Positions 12,771 to 25,500 of a stretch of 64,000 nucleotides of DNA are shown here, in pieces. This DNA comes from Octopus vulgaris (Eukaryota): the NCBI GenBank assembly GCA_951406725.2, contig OX597818.1:140740001-140804000 (forward strand). The letters are read 5' to 3'. The notes beneath the pieces were generated by a model, which was given only the letters and a program-made list of their open reading frames with translations, was not told the DNA's origin and made no database searches. Made by a program: the position numbers and the translations under genes. How positions within the stretch are numbered: the first letter of the stretch is position 1; every line of letters starts with the position of its first letter.

Positions 12771-13365
12771 GTCAAGTCGCTCTTGGGCGCTACTGGTAAC
12801 CCAGTACAACCTATTCCATGGTCAGGTCGTCGGCGACAAAATTGGAAACCCCATCAAACACGCTTGGTGAAGAGGGCAATCGTTGGACACTCTGCATGAC
12901 GAAAAACTAGATTTTTCAATGGGTGGAAGAGCTCATGAACAGTCGATGTCAATCCAACCATATCTGTACATGTGGTACATGTGTATATATGCATGTCTGT
13001 ATGCGCGGAGACGTGGAAATACCTGGATTGGTGTCCAGGCGCGCGATTGACCCCCTGAGAGTGGGAGGCCCCTCTGTGGTTGTCATAACATCTCTCTAGG
13101 AGACAAAAATTCTGAGAGAAACTCTGTGACACTTACAATATTCGATGTTGTAGACTAGTTTTTCTTTTCGATTATATGTTGTCCATGTTCAGAAAGTGTG
13201 ATTGGGTTTGTGCAAATCCTTTACCCCACTATAACAAATCATCATGCACATGCATCGCTTGAATAAATGTAAGCCCTATCACAACAATGGCTGATTGTAG
13301 CCTTCGCATGCGTGGGGCTTTCGACTAGGCGATGACAATACTCGAACACGAGTTTGCAACCATCA
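12771..13365 (+). mobile_element. Structured non-autonomous retroelement, diverged copy 2
   Basis: Same 5' start (GTCA.GTC.CT..GCTACTGGTAAC..CCAGTACAAC) and same 3' end (ATACT.GA..ACGAG...GCA.CCA.CA) plus TATG tail. Confidence 0.6.
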
Positions 13366-14194
13366 TGTATGTATGCATTTGTTTGAAGTATCGATTTACA
13401 TGTTCGTGTGTTATTGAACGTAGCAAAATGTGTCGATGCAGGAATAGTCGTCCCGAGTGAAAATTCTCGCCTTAGACTTATGTTTGTACTCATTATGTTT
13501 TGGACTGTGGGCAACGTCTTTAGATTGTAGGACACTCGTGTCTGAGCGTTGTTACTCTTGGTCAGTCACTCACAATCCGTTAAGCATAGAATTTTACATA
13601 TGAAACAATGCAAACAAAATACGTGTTGAAATCCATATCACTTCATCACAAATTAAATAATTAATGAAGCACGAAAGAGCTTCGAATGAAATATTGAAAC
13701 ATATTCGTGTGAAATCATGTCTAAGAGGATTGAATGTAATCGGATTTAGCAAGACTTACCGCTTGAAGGATATTCTCAGGAGAAAATTCACCACGAACCA
13801 AAATTTTCAGACAGACGCCCACTTTAGAATTAGGAATTTGTACAAATAGACTCAAACAAGTTTTAAAACCGTATTGGCACTTTTACCTAGATGAATTTAG
13901 GAAAACTAAATGGAAGAATCACTTGGGTGCCATTTGGAAAGACTTTCGGTATTCATTCTGGCCCCTTGGCCACTGAGTTCATTTCCTGCCACGGACTACT
14001 TTGGTTTCCCTTCTTTTGTAATTGATAAATAAATTACTGGATTATTACTAGGGTTTATTCCTTTTTGTTTCCCCGGATTGTATTTATAATTACAAAATAT
14101 AGCCCCTCAAGTGTGTCATGCTGATTCGGCGAGAAACTGGCGCAAGCCTTCTGGTGTATGTGAAATACCCAGCCATATACATGTCAATATCACG

Positions 14195-14412
14195 AGTAGT
14201 AATTCAGTTGGTCTGATAACTATCAAGAATTTTTCAATTCAAAACCGAAGGATTGGTACTTTGACTAAATCCGGAAGATTGCAGATCGTTGGCGGAATGT
14301 TGTGGAAAATGATGGTCTTTATTTTGAAGAATACTTGTTGTGTTTGATAAATTATTGCATAGAAAAAAAAACATTATTTTAACAAGGCGCACGAACTTTA
14401 TCCTCAACCTCG
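14195..14412 (+). mobile_element. Mariner 3' fragment
   Basis: EFFNSKPKDWYFD*IRKIADRWRNVVENDGLYFEE matches mariner transposase C-termini; followed by TIR-like GCACGAACTTTATCCTCAACC. Confidence 0.75.
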
Positions 14413-15409
14413 AAAATCATTATTGTTTACCTAAGAAACAAATGTTTTCGTGTTTGTCTCAAAGTTTAAATTAAAGGAAAATCTCCTTTATAGAGACTGT
14501 ATCATATCCCGTAATTAAAGTTTACTGTTATTGAGTTATGTACCTTCATAACTTTAATTCAAACACGAATATTTTTAAAATCTAACCGTAAAACCACGCA
14601 CGTCTGTAAACCGGAATAACATCCAAAGCAAGGTGTTGATGTAAAACTTTGTTCTGCAGGATATATTATACATTATTTTAATTTTTATTTATTTTTTTGT
14701 ACATAACGCAATTATGAACACAATTTTGATCATTGCGTCCATCAATATTATCGCCGTCGTCGTCGTCGTTGTCGTCATCATCATCATCCGCTTCATCATC
14801 ATCATTATCATCATCATCCAGTTTCATTCTGCCATTATATTACAGTTCCTGTGTTTTGTTGTATTTTTTTTAATCTGTGAGCTGCGATATGGAGATATTT
14901 TTTTTAAAGAAAGGGAAAGAAATATCTTTTTTTAAAATAATACAGAAAAAAAAATTTATAACACGAAACATTTAAATAATAAAAATAACATTACAGTAAT
15001 CCCCTAAATCTATAAAACCAAAATAAATAAATAAATAATTGAGAAATCTGCTGTGAATGTAATTTTGTGGATTATTTGTTATTTAGAGACATAATTGTGA
15101 ACAGGGAGATTGTGATTGAGTTAAACAATGAAATAAGAAAAATGGAAACAAAGAAAGAAAAGCTGCAAAACAAAAGAATAACAATAATAATGCATGTGTA
15201 ACTCATTTGTTCCATCGCCACTACTACGACTACTACTACCACCACCACTAATACTACCACCAACACCAACACCCGTACCAGTACCATACAACAATCAGTA
15301 CCAACACCGCCATCCTCACGCAATGCACTATCACCACCACCAACACCACCATATCAGACACCACCACTACCACTATCACAACCAACACGATTATTTATAA
15401 CAACACTAA

Positions 15410-15572
15410 CTCTGTGGCTATATCGCAAGAATCTTGCTTCCCAACCACATTGTTGCGAGTTCAGTACCACAGCGTGGTACCTTGGGTCGATGTCTTCTAC
15501 TTTTGCCTTTCGTCAACCAAAGCTGTGTGAGTGGATTTGGTAGATAGAAACTGAAAGAAGCCTATCGTATGT

Positions 15573-15638
<66 letters not shown>

Positions 15639-15955
15639 GCTGCATCCGAGATGCAGCACGGACTTTCAGTGATATTTAGCGACGAAAATATTTTGACAAA
15701 TTAAACATACATACATATGTATGCGAGTACATCTCCGTAATATATATATTATATATATATATAAACATATGTATGCGTGTTGTGCCGACCACCACCGCTT
15801 GACAACCGCTTTTTGTGTGCCTGTGTTCCCTGTAACTTAGCGGTTCTACAAAAGAGAACAATAGAATAAGTACGAGGCTTAAAGAAGTGAATTCGACTTA
15901 AATTACAAGGCGGTGCCCCAGCATGGCCGCAGTCGAATCACTGAAACATGTTAAA
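15410..15955 (+). mobile_element. SINE family B with internal (TA)n and a nested hairpin fragment
   Basis: Aligns to 52162-52587; tail GGCGGTGCCCCAGCATGGCCGCAGTC..CTGAAAC. Confidence 0.8.
15634..15706 (+). mobile_element. Fragment of the 21302-21618 foldback family
   Basis: Perfect 13-bp hairpin TCCGTGCTGCATC-cga-GATGCAGCACGGA, then GCGACGAAAATATTTTGACAAATTAAAC shared with the 21.4-21.5 kb element. Confidence 0.75.
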
Positions 15956-16169
15956 ATATAAACGATAAACATCAGTACAGCGACAACGATTACCTCATTG
16001 ATCAACAATAACAATAACACGAACATCAGCACCGTCATTACACTGCTAGTGCTACTACCACGACACCACCACGGCTGCAACCAGAGCCTCCCACAAATAT
16101 CACTACCATCCCGACGACCAACATGAAAAGCATTCACCATACTCTCCTTCCTAGGGCAGTCGTGTACCA

Positions 16170-16925
16170 GAATCTTTAGCACGCTAGGCAAAATGCTTAG
16201 AGATATTTCGTCCGCTGCGTGTTCAAATAAAAGGCACAGTCGACTTCGGCGAAATTTGAACTCAGAACTCAACTGATACTTATTTTAGCGATCCCGAAAG
16301 AATGGAGGGAGATGTTGATGTAATCGTCTTTCGAAATTGATGAAATAAGAACCAGTTGAGTACTGAGCGTTGAAATTCCGTCGAAGATGACTTCGCCTTC
16401 CATCCAATCGGAGTCGATAAAATAAGTTCCCGTAAAACTCTGGGGTTGATGTAATCGACTAATTCCCTGCCCGAGATCGCTAGCTTTGTGCGAAAATTTG
16501 AAATTGGTATTTTATCATTCGTCAGAGTGGTGAGGTGGCAGAATAGTTGTAGAATCTTGTGAAAAAACTGACAGCCCACTCTTAATTCACAAAAAAACTA
16601 TCCCGCTGCAATAACCAACATGCGCGCTTTTAGAATATATTGGAACACGATACTATACAATAAAGAAAATATATATTGCCGTGTATCTGAAACTAGATCT
16701 GTACATTTCTAGAAGTGGATGGAAATTTGTGGAATCATCTGGGCAAAAATGTCTAGCAACATTTCGTCTGTCCTTACGTTCTGAGTTCAAATTATGCCGA
16801 GGTAGACTTTGGCTTTCATATTTTCTGGATTGCTAAAATAAGTACCATTTCAGTCCTGGGGGCGATATAAACGACAATACCCCGCTCCGGAAATTACTGG
16901 TATTGTGCCAAAATTAGAAACCAAT
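16170..16925 (+). mobile_element. Cluster of SINE family C copies and fragments, some inverted
   Basis: Repeated GTTCTGAGTTCAAAT..GCCGAGGT.GACTT.GC.TT.CATCC..GTCGATAAAATAAGT pieces. Confidence 0.65.
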
Positions 16926-17119
16926 ATCGTCATCATTCCTCACAACAACATTTCAACACCACCATCATTATTGTAAACACAACTACATCTGCCATGCTCA
17001 TTGACACCCCATCGACAACACCACCACCACAATTACCATCATCATCATCATCATCATCAACATCCTCGTCATTATAATAATAAGCATAATAGTCATCATT
17101 ATAACTATTATTACAACGA

Positions 17120-17500
17120 GAGCAAGCGTGGCTGCGTGGTAAGAAGTTTTCTTCCCAACCACATATTTTCAGATTTGAGTTCCACTGCTTGGAAGTTGGG
17201 ACAAATGTGTTCTACTATAGCATTGGGCCAATCATATCCTTCTGAGGGGTAAGCAGAAACTGAAAGAAACCCGTCGTGGGTGCGTGTGTGTGTGTGTATG
17301 TGTCTCTATGTTTGTATTTGTCCCCCCATCACCGCTTGATAACCGGTGTTGGTGCGCTTACGTTCCCGTAACCCTCTCGGCTCGGCAAAAGGGACAGAGT
17401 ACAAGGCTCATGAAATAAGTCTTAGGGTCGACTTGTTCGACTAAAAACCTTTCAAAGCGGGGCTTCAGCGTGCCTGCAGTGAAATGACAGAAACAAATAA
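17120..17500 (+). mobile_element. SINE family B, diverged
   Basis: GTGGCTGCGTGGTAAGAAG head, GAAACTGAAAGAAACCCGTCG, internal TG tract, family tail. Confidence 0.75.
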
Positions 17501-17767
17501 AAAATATAATAGCACAATACAGACAGCGGCGCACGGCAGCATCACCACCGCTATTACTACCACCACCATTAAAAACTGCACCACCATAACCAGCTGTATC
17601 ATCACCATGACAACAATCACAGTGACCCCACCATCACCACTACCATTATCGACGCCACTGTCATAAGCAACGATCACCGCACATAACACTGCCGCAACAA
17701 CCGCAATGATAGCTGCCCGTCACCATCCTCGCCATCAAAATCAACACCACCATCACATTAACATTAT

Positions 17768-18064
17768 CTGAGACCTACTTCAGTCACGACACAGACCATG
17801 GGATTGCACCTAGAAAGTTACCCTCCCTGGCACAAGTCCGGGCAAGGCTGTTTATGGAAGACCAGCAGTGTTATCCAAGGGAAAGGCAAAGGCCGATACA
17901 GCTTGGCACCTGTGACGTCACAACTCATTTCTACAGCTGAGTGAACTGGAACAACGTGAAATAAAGTGTATTGCTCAAGAACACAACATGCAGCCTGGTC
18001 CGGGATACGAGCTCACAACCTCACGATCGTAAGCTCGACGCTCTACCCACTGAGCCATGCGCCT
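17768..18064 (-). mobile_element. tRNA-derived SINE (family A head, alternative tail) with 15-bp TSD
   Basis: A box TGGCTCAGTGG and CORE-like body; TCACATTAACATTAT repeated at 17753-17767 and 18065-18079. Confidence 0.88.
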
Positions 18065-18770
18065 TCACATTAACATTATAACTACTACTATCAACAACAC
18101 CCACCACCACCAACAACAACAACAACAACAGCAACACTATCTTCACCATCATCTCCATCAACACCACCGCCATCAACAACATTAGCAATAACATCTACCA
18201 ATACCACCACTACGACAACGAAGACAACCATCGACCACCACCACCATCAAAATTGCCTTCGCTGCTGCCAATAACTGTGGAACAATAACAAAAGCAACAA
18301 GAAATTAATGGAAATAATGGAAGGAACGTTAATTAAAATGAAAGTATCAAAAGATAGATAAACAAGAGCACAATTTCTATAAATCACGCTACAAAATTTC
18401 AATGACCTTTAGAATTCAATATCGTGTCATATCTTGAAATTCAGTATCGAATAGAAGGTATGAAGTGTGTGATATGCGTACGTGTGAGTCGGTAGATGGG
18501 GCGGTAGGTATGAAATCTAGTGGAGGATATTATTTTTTTTTTTTTTTTAAATTATTTTTAGTTTATATGTTTCCTCTTTTATAGTTGTTTTATTTTTATT
18601 TTCCTCCCTCAAACAAAATAATCGATATATCCTGATTGGAAAGCTATTGGTAAGATTATTGTACTTTATCAGCTGATAATAGATAGTAGGAGACAATGAA
18701 AGAAACTTAAACCACCACTACTACTTCTATTACTACTGCTGCTATTACTACTACTAGTTATGATGATGAA

Positions 18771-18815
<45 letters not shown>

Positions 18816-18859
18816 AGTAATGACAACAATAACAACAACAACAATAATACTATATGGAA

Positions 18860-19478
18860 AGAATGTGCCCGAAAAATGTAGAGCTGTGTAACTTGGAAGG
18901 AGACAGTGGCACACTACAAGTGCGCACAGGAAGAATACAAGAAATGGGGGCACGTCCAGGTTGTGCCAGAATTGGAGATTTGAAGCTGGAAACACATGGT
19001 ACAATCACCGAGTCGAAAGAGTAGTAGAATCGAAGGAATGTAAGAATTTGTGGGACATTCCTATTCAAACGGACATGAAGTTAGAAAATAACAGACCGCA
19101 TATAAAAATTAGAGATAAGGAAAAGCTACTGCTTTCTTATCGATTCATCATGTCCGTTTGATTCCAGGATCAAATTCAATTCCTTAAAATTTGAAATAGG
19201 AAGAACTGGGAGCATGCGAACAGTAATAGTCGAGCCTAAAAAATAATTAGTGCATTGGGAACAGAAGGCAAAGATATAGACAAATGGCTAAAGGAGATTT
19301 AAGTAGTATGCCCGGTAGAGGTCCCATAAAAAGGTTGTCTCACAAGGACAACAAGGAATATCAGCAGGGTTCTAAGCACTTGAAACACGGATGAAATCTT
19401 GTGGATACCTAAGGTTACAGTCAGTAATATGCTGCCCACATAAATTCTACAAGGAAGAAGGCCGAACTTGAGTCAAAC

Positions 19479-19480
<2 letters not shown>
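18860..19480 (+). mobile_element. R4/Dong-clade LINE 3' end (restriction-like endonuclease relic)
   Basis: WYNHRVERVVESKECKNLWDIPIQTDMKLENNRPHI; followed by (TAA)n at 19481-19531. Confidence 0.8.
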
Positions 19481-19531
<51 letters not shown>

Positions 19532-19532
<1 letters not shown>

Positions 19533-20506
19533 GTGATCACGCTAGAACAATAAGAAAAAATCATTGGTTCACAGAAGTAGAGCTCGAAGCTATCAAAGAC
19601 CGGGTATTGGAAAACAGAAGCAGGGGAAACAATGTAAATACAGTTCCAACTGATAAAAGTAATCTCATAGCAGAACACAGAGCTGAACTCTCTAATAAAC
19701 CACATGAAAGTAACAGTGATAGCTTGCTTGATGAGAGACATATAGATGGTTTAGAAGAAGACGATAAAAATAATGGTGACATGACAGATGTGCAAAAGGC
19801 AATCTACGACAGAATAAAGGTAAGGCTAAAGGAGAACGATAGCGACATTATTTGCAACCTTAAAAATGTTAATCCGTGGAAATTGAACCAAGAAACGAAA
19901 AATGTCAATGAAATTCTGAAATACATCAGAAAAAAAGGCATCACAGAAACAAATAATTTGATCAAGGCAGCAATTATTGTTGTAGCAGAAACTGGTGATG
20001 TCAAGAAAAAGAAATATAATAGGAGTGAAAAAAGTAAAGATCCATGATGGAAAAGAGGAATACAGGCGTGGATAAAATATGCTCTCGAAGTACATTTCTG
20101 TGTTAGATCGAAAGGAAATGGGGAGCTTAAAAACGAACAAAACTACAGAGTACTGAGCAGGAAGTATAATATTGAAAGAAAGGGCCTGAAAGTGGTAATG
20201 GAGGAACTGAAACAGCGCCTCGTTGCAAAGAAAGAAAAGATGGTAAGATACGACTAAGGAATGAGTTATCGAGATACGACCAGAATAAGTTATCGGGAGT
20301 AGATCAGAAATGATTCTACAAAGAAATATATGGAGAGTGTACAGATGAAAATTTGATACCAGATAACATTGAAAGTCAAAGGCAAACAGTGCAAGAAGTA
20401 TGTTGAATGGTTGCAAGAACTGAAACAAACAGCAGTCTTTTCGAAACAGGCAGAACTTGTCATTTCAGTTACGGGAAGTGAAGTAAATCAGCAAACAAAT
20501 GGGCAA
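19532..20506 (+). mobile_element. R4/Dong-clade LINE N-terminal ORF fragment
   Basis: Clearly homologous to 55960-56880 on the minus strand of the long R4/Dong copy; stops and frameshifts present. Confidence 0.8.
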
Positions 20507-20579
20507 ATGTCTCTAACTATAATATTTTATTTGCCGTTAACTGCACCCTCGCTTAATGTATGCTGAATGCTACCACCCT

Positions 20580-20619
20580 CACTATTGCTACTGCTGCTGC
20601 TGCCACTACTACTACTACA

Positions 20620-20666
<47 letters not shown>

Positions 20667-20678
20667 AACAACTGATGG

Positions 20679-20745
<67 letters not shown>

Positions 20746-20818
20746 GATGGTGATGATGGTGATGATGGTGATGAGGATGATGATGATGATGATGATGATG
20801 ATGGTGATGAGGATGATG
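20580..20818. repeat. Compound (CTA)n(GAT)n microsatellite
   Basis: Visible triplet runs; source of poly-T, poly-D and poly-M ORFs. Confidence 0.95.
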
Positions 20819-21301
20819 CACCCACTAATCTTAATATCAATATCATTGATTCCCATTCACAAATTTGGTGGACGGTTGCAGTATTTGAACAACCCTTATT
20901 CTATTGGTGCTCATTGAAATGGAATGCCGAGTCGCACTACTCTTGATTTATCCACATAAACAAAGCAAGATGTTGTGCAATATTCCATCCATTTCTGCCA
21001 TTAACCCAACCAACCCGCATAAGTAAATTTTACCAGAGTTACACGACAGACATTATATCGAAAAACTGGTGTCAGTCGATTGAGCCCAGTACTTCTTATA
21101 TTTTATCGACTCCTGAAAGAAGAAATGAATAGTTAACATCAGCAACAAAAGTCCCGCACAAAACAGCTTCAATACGCTCCGAAATTTTCAAAGACATGCT
21201 TCAATTTTCCTGAAATAACATAACAGAAATTAAATAATGAAATAATGATGAATACACACATACTTGCACTTGATGGCAAAATTAATAATAATATTAATAA
21301 T

Positions 21302-21618
21302 TACGGAGATGTACCTGCATAGCAAGTGATTTGATCTGAGATCGTGTGCTGAAACGAAAACAATTGCAGCGCGGAAGGTGTTTGTAAGCCATTTAAGAAA
21401 CACACAAAAGCCGTTCGATTCACTTCAACATTTAAGTTTAATTTGTCAAAATATTTTCGTCGCTTTAAGACCGCGACCTGTTCACTGACAAAAATCCAGC
21501 ACGGATCTTAAAGCGGCGAAAATATTTTGACAAATTAAACTTAAATGTTGAAGTGAATCGAACGGCTTTTGTGTGTTTCTTAAATGGCTTACAAACACCT
21601 TCCACGCTGCAATTGTTT
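21302..21618. mobile_element. Foldback element with 113-bp inverted arms (putative inverted Penelope pLTR)
   Basis: Arms 21358-21470 and 21506-21618 with two mismatches seen; flanked by AATATTAATAAT at 21290-21301 and 21619-21630 (possible TSD, low complexity). Confidence 0.75.
21442..21492 (-). ncRNA. Variant minimal type I hammerhead motif (G3-C8)
   Basis: TTTGTCA-GTGAACA-G-GTCGC-ggtcttaaa-GCGAC-GAAA-ATAT-T-T-TGACAAA: 7-bp stem I, 5-bp stem II, palindromic stem III AATATT. Confidence 0.6.
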
Positions 21619-21625
21619 AATATTA

Positions 21626-21837
21626 ATAATCCTTTCTGCTAAAGGCACAAGGCCAGCAATTTCGGGAGTTGGGGATTTTTCATTGCCCCCAGTAGTTAAC
21701 TGATATTTAATTTATCGACCCCGAAATGTTGAAAGGTAAAGTCGGTCTCGGCTATGTTGAACTCAGATCGTAAAGACGGATGAAATGCAGCTAAGCACCT
21801 TGACCGGCATGCTAACGACTACCAAGCTTACTGCTTT
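21626..21837 (-). mobile_element. SINE family C
   Basis: Reverse complement aligns to 31464-31678. Confidence 0.75.
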
Positions 21838-21862
21838 AATGATAGTTATAATATTAATAACA

Positions 21863-22174
21863 ATTATTTTATTTATTTATGCGCCCTTTTCAAACCTAGC
21901 GAAGCTCATGGGCCCGGTTACCCCGGCGTAAGTGTTCCCCCAGCTGGACGGGTGCCAGTCCATCGCAGCGTTGCTCAAGAAACAGGAAGAAAGAGTAAGA
22001 GAAAGTCGGGGCGAAAGAGTACAACAGGGGTCGCCACCACTCCCTGTCAGAGTGTCGTGGAGCTTTAGGTGTTTTCGCTCGATAAACACACACAACGCCC
22101 GGTCTGGGAATCGAAACCACGCTCCTCCGACCGCGAGTCCGCTGACCTAACCACTGGGCCATTGCGCCTCCACC
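21863..22174 (-). mobile_element. tRNA-derived SINE with GCGATGGACTGGCACCCGTCCAG body and 10-bp TSD
   Basis: A box TGGCCCAGTGG, B box TTTCGATTCC, (TAAA)n tail; ATTAATAACA at 21853-21862 and 22175-22184. Confidence 0.85.
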
Positions 22175-22921
22175 ATTAATAACATGATATAAATGAAATG
22201 TCAAATGTTTTGGCGCGTCACTTTTGGCCCATCTTGTATAGTAAGATAGTTTGTCAATCTTTCTACCGATTCTACTAATAACAAATATTCATAATCGTAA
22301 TGGGAATACGATCCCAGCTTAATCTATGTCTGGGAAATGTATATTCTAAACGCTTTAGTACACTAACTAACAAAAGCGAAAGTAAAAATTACGGAATACC
22401 TGAAAGATAAATGTGTAAGTATTACATTGATTTACTATGTAATTAATTATCCTTTACCGCATGTAATTTGGGAATTACGTATCTTCAGATTCCGCTTGTA
22501 AACAAACTAAAATGTGCTGACCGATTCAGTCTGCTTATAAACAAACAAATAAAGCGAAACGTCAACAATGACTGAAGAATAACAGTGTAAGTGATATAAT
22601 AATTTACTTCGAAATTCATTGATATTTACTCTATATAATTACTCTACAAATTGCCGTAGCGTCCAACTTCCAGAAACACCAGCAAATAAACTAATGAAGC
22701 GCTTGATAGATTTAGTCTAGTTGCAAACAAATGCGCATGTCACGTTAATTTTAGTTCCGTCCATACACACAACAAAATAACTGTGCAAATAAAAACTGTA
22801 TCGCTTAAATCAAGATTAAAAAATGAGAACTCTTACTTTTAAACTGATACATAAAAAGTATCAAAACTGGAGCGTGTAAAATATTCATAGCAGGAAACAA
22901 TATAAAACGATACCCAATGAA

Positions 22922-23603
22922 AACTAGAAAAGTACTTGGAGAGGGTAGACCTCCGCCAAGCAGCACATTTCCATCCATATACACGCATGCTGAAAATCGC
23001 CCAATTTCCCAAACCAACTCTGGTATAAGCATAAACTTCTTGGCGGGGTTAAAAAGAAATAACACAGCCATATGATTTTTTTTTTAAAACCTTTAAAAAC
23101 AGGAATCATCTGAAGCAGTTATAATACATCAATGACAACAGCAAGCTAGTTTCACAGCGACGTTGGAGGGAGCAAAAGCTTGAGAATTTTCAGTCAATCC
23201 CAATAGTCAAGGCTTTTCATATCATCCTCCGCAGACCTCCGCCAAGCAGCTCATTTTGAAATAGATACGCGAGTAAAATGACAAATAGAGAAAAGAAAAT
23301 AAACTTTGAAAACAGCAACGCCACCATAGGTTAAGTGGAAACGAAGAACATGTTTTCAAGGGTGATAATCACAAAACGTAATATTGTAATACTTCATGTA
23401 ACAAAGGAATAGCCCTTCAAGAATCCATACAAATTACCGGATCACTACCAAAATTTCGTCATATATTCCTTGTGTCATTACCAACGTTATCTGCAAGTCT
23501 CATCAAACACCGTTCACAACTTTCTGAGTTATTTTGCACACAGGCGGACAGACGGACAAACTAACGCCGATAAAAACATAACTTCCTTCCTTGGCGGAGG
23601 TAA
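22922..23603 (-). mobile_element. Helentron-associated non-autonomous element (DINE/HINE-like), two modules
   Basis: Subterminal inverted repeats ACCTCCGCCAAG (22949, 23235) and CTTGGCGG(A/G)GGT (23039, 23590); GACA/GACG microsatellite near one end; CTAGTT terminus. Confidence 0.65.
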
Positions 23604-24014
23604 TTATGGCAATATGAATACAGAACAGAACTTTAACCTTCCGTGTCAGCAATGAAACACAAAGGCACACTTCATCACAAGAGGAATACGTTTTTATTCT
23701 TCATATTTCATAAGAAATATTATTTTTCTATTTCTTTAAGAGTGTACTCAATTATTCTTTATAAAATAATATTCATATCCCATATAATATGTCTCCTTTT
23801 TTTATTTTTCGCATGCGTTATTAATTTCAAAATCAGTTTCCAAATTTTGGTAGTGTATCCTATTCTATGGTGCTTGTAATGGAATCTCTTACCTGTGTCG
23901 CAAGAAGAAGAAATCATCTTGAAAATTTTGTAACCAGGTATTACTTTCATGTAATGTAAATGTTTTAGAAACAGATTTTTCTCTAACTTCTGTACTTGGC
24001 CTGAATAGTCTATA

Positions 24015-24065
<51 letters not shown>

Positions 24066-24228
24066 CATCAAATAAATCGTGGTAAATTTCAAAACTGTAC
24101 AATTTATACGGATGTCCCTCCCTGCACTTCAGCATGTCACAAGAAGAAATTCAATGCCACCAGCAATAACAGTATTAACAGCATGAACAACAATAAGAAT
24201 AATAAAAACAACAACAATAACAATAATA

Positions 24229-24442
24229 ATCCTTTCAACTATAGACACAGGGCCTGAGATTTAGATGTAGGAGACTAGTCGATTACATCGACCCTAGTGC
24301 GTAGCTGGTACTTAATTTATCGACCTCGAAATGATGAAAGGCAAAGTCGACTGCGGTGGAATTTGAAATCAGAACGCAACAACAAGCGAAATAACGCTAA
24401 GCATTTCGTCCAGCTTGCTAACAACTCTGCCAGCTCGCTGCC

Positions 24443-24444
<2 letters not shown>
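24229..24444 (-). mobile_element. SINE family C (Nin/Deu-like domain)
   Basis: GTCGACTTTGCCTTTCATCATTTCGAGGTCGATAAATTAAGTACCAG on the minus strand. Confidence 0.82.
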
Positions 24445-24520
<76 letters not shown>

Positions 24521-24524
24521 GATA

Positions 24525-24617
<93 letters not shown>

Positions 24618-24633
24618 AAGAAGAAGAAGAAGA
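24445..24633. repeat. (TAA)n(GAA)n microsatellite
   Basis: Visible triplet runs. Confidence 0.95.
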
Positions 24634-24634
24634 A

Positions 24635-25409
24635 AAATCCCAGCAATGGTTGAGAAGCTCAGGACTTTTTAATTGCAGCACAAGGCCAAAGCCTCCCCAC
24701 CAGAAATTACCAAAAACATGTAATGAAAAGAAATATAACAAGTAACTGCAGAATATGTGGAGATGGACAAGAAACAATAAATCATATTATCTCTAGCTGC
24801 CCAGTCCTGGCTAAGAAGGAATATATTCACAGACATGACAGAGTTGGAACCTACATACATTGGAAGCTATGCCAACATTATGGAATAACAACAGAAAAAA
24901 GATGGTATAGGCACACACCAGAAAAGGTCACAGAAAACGAGAAAGCAACCATACTCTGGGATATGCCGATACACACAGATAGAGAAATTAAGGCCAACAA
25001 ACCAGATATAGTTGTCAGAGATCATGAAGAAAAAAATGCTTTCTAATTGATGTATCAATACCGGCTGATGACAACGTGTCTCTAAAAGAAATGGAGAAAC
25101 TCTCAAAATACAAAGACCTGGAAATAGAGGTAACTAGAATGTGGAATCTGAAAACAGAAACAATTCCTATCATAATGGGTGCATTAGGCATGATAAAAAA
25201 ATATTCAGACAAATACATAAAAAAAACACCAGGACTTACAAACACATATAACATACAGAAAATTGCACTACTAGACACTGCACACATCCTACGCAGAACA
25301 CTTTCCATACAATAACCATCAGAGCATCACAACAAATCACAGCACATACCCAAGGCACACAGAGCTGCGCTCGGTAGTGAAGTGAAAGCACGCTATAAAA
25401 ATAAAACTA

Positions 25410-25413
<4 letters not shown>
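24635..25413 (+). mobile_element. R4/Dong-clade LINE, 5'-truncated, well-preserved 3' end
   Basis: CCHC finger CRICGDGQETINHIISSC, RHD motif, KPDIVV..ID, KLSKYKDL; followed by (TAA)n at 25413-25500. Confidence 0.92.

Positions 25414-25500
<87 letters not shown>

Noticed and set aside
15194-18300. His-, Thr- and Pro-rich ORFs
   Set aside because: Degenerate CAC/CAT/CAA triplet low-complexity DNA without splice or domain support.
20527-20946. Poly-Thr/poly-Asp acidic protein-like ORF
   Set aside because: Pure (CTA)n(GAT)n microsatellite, open in several frames.
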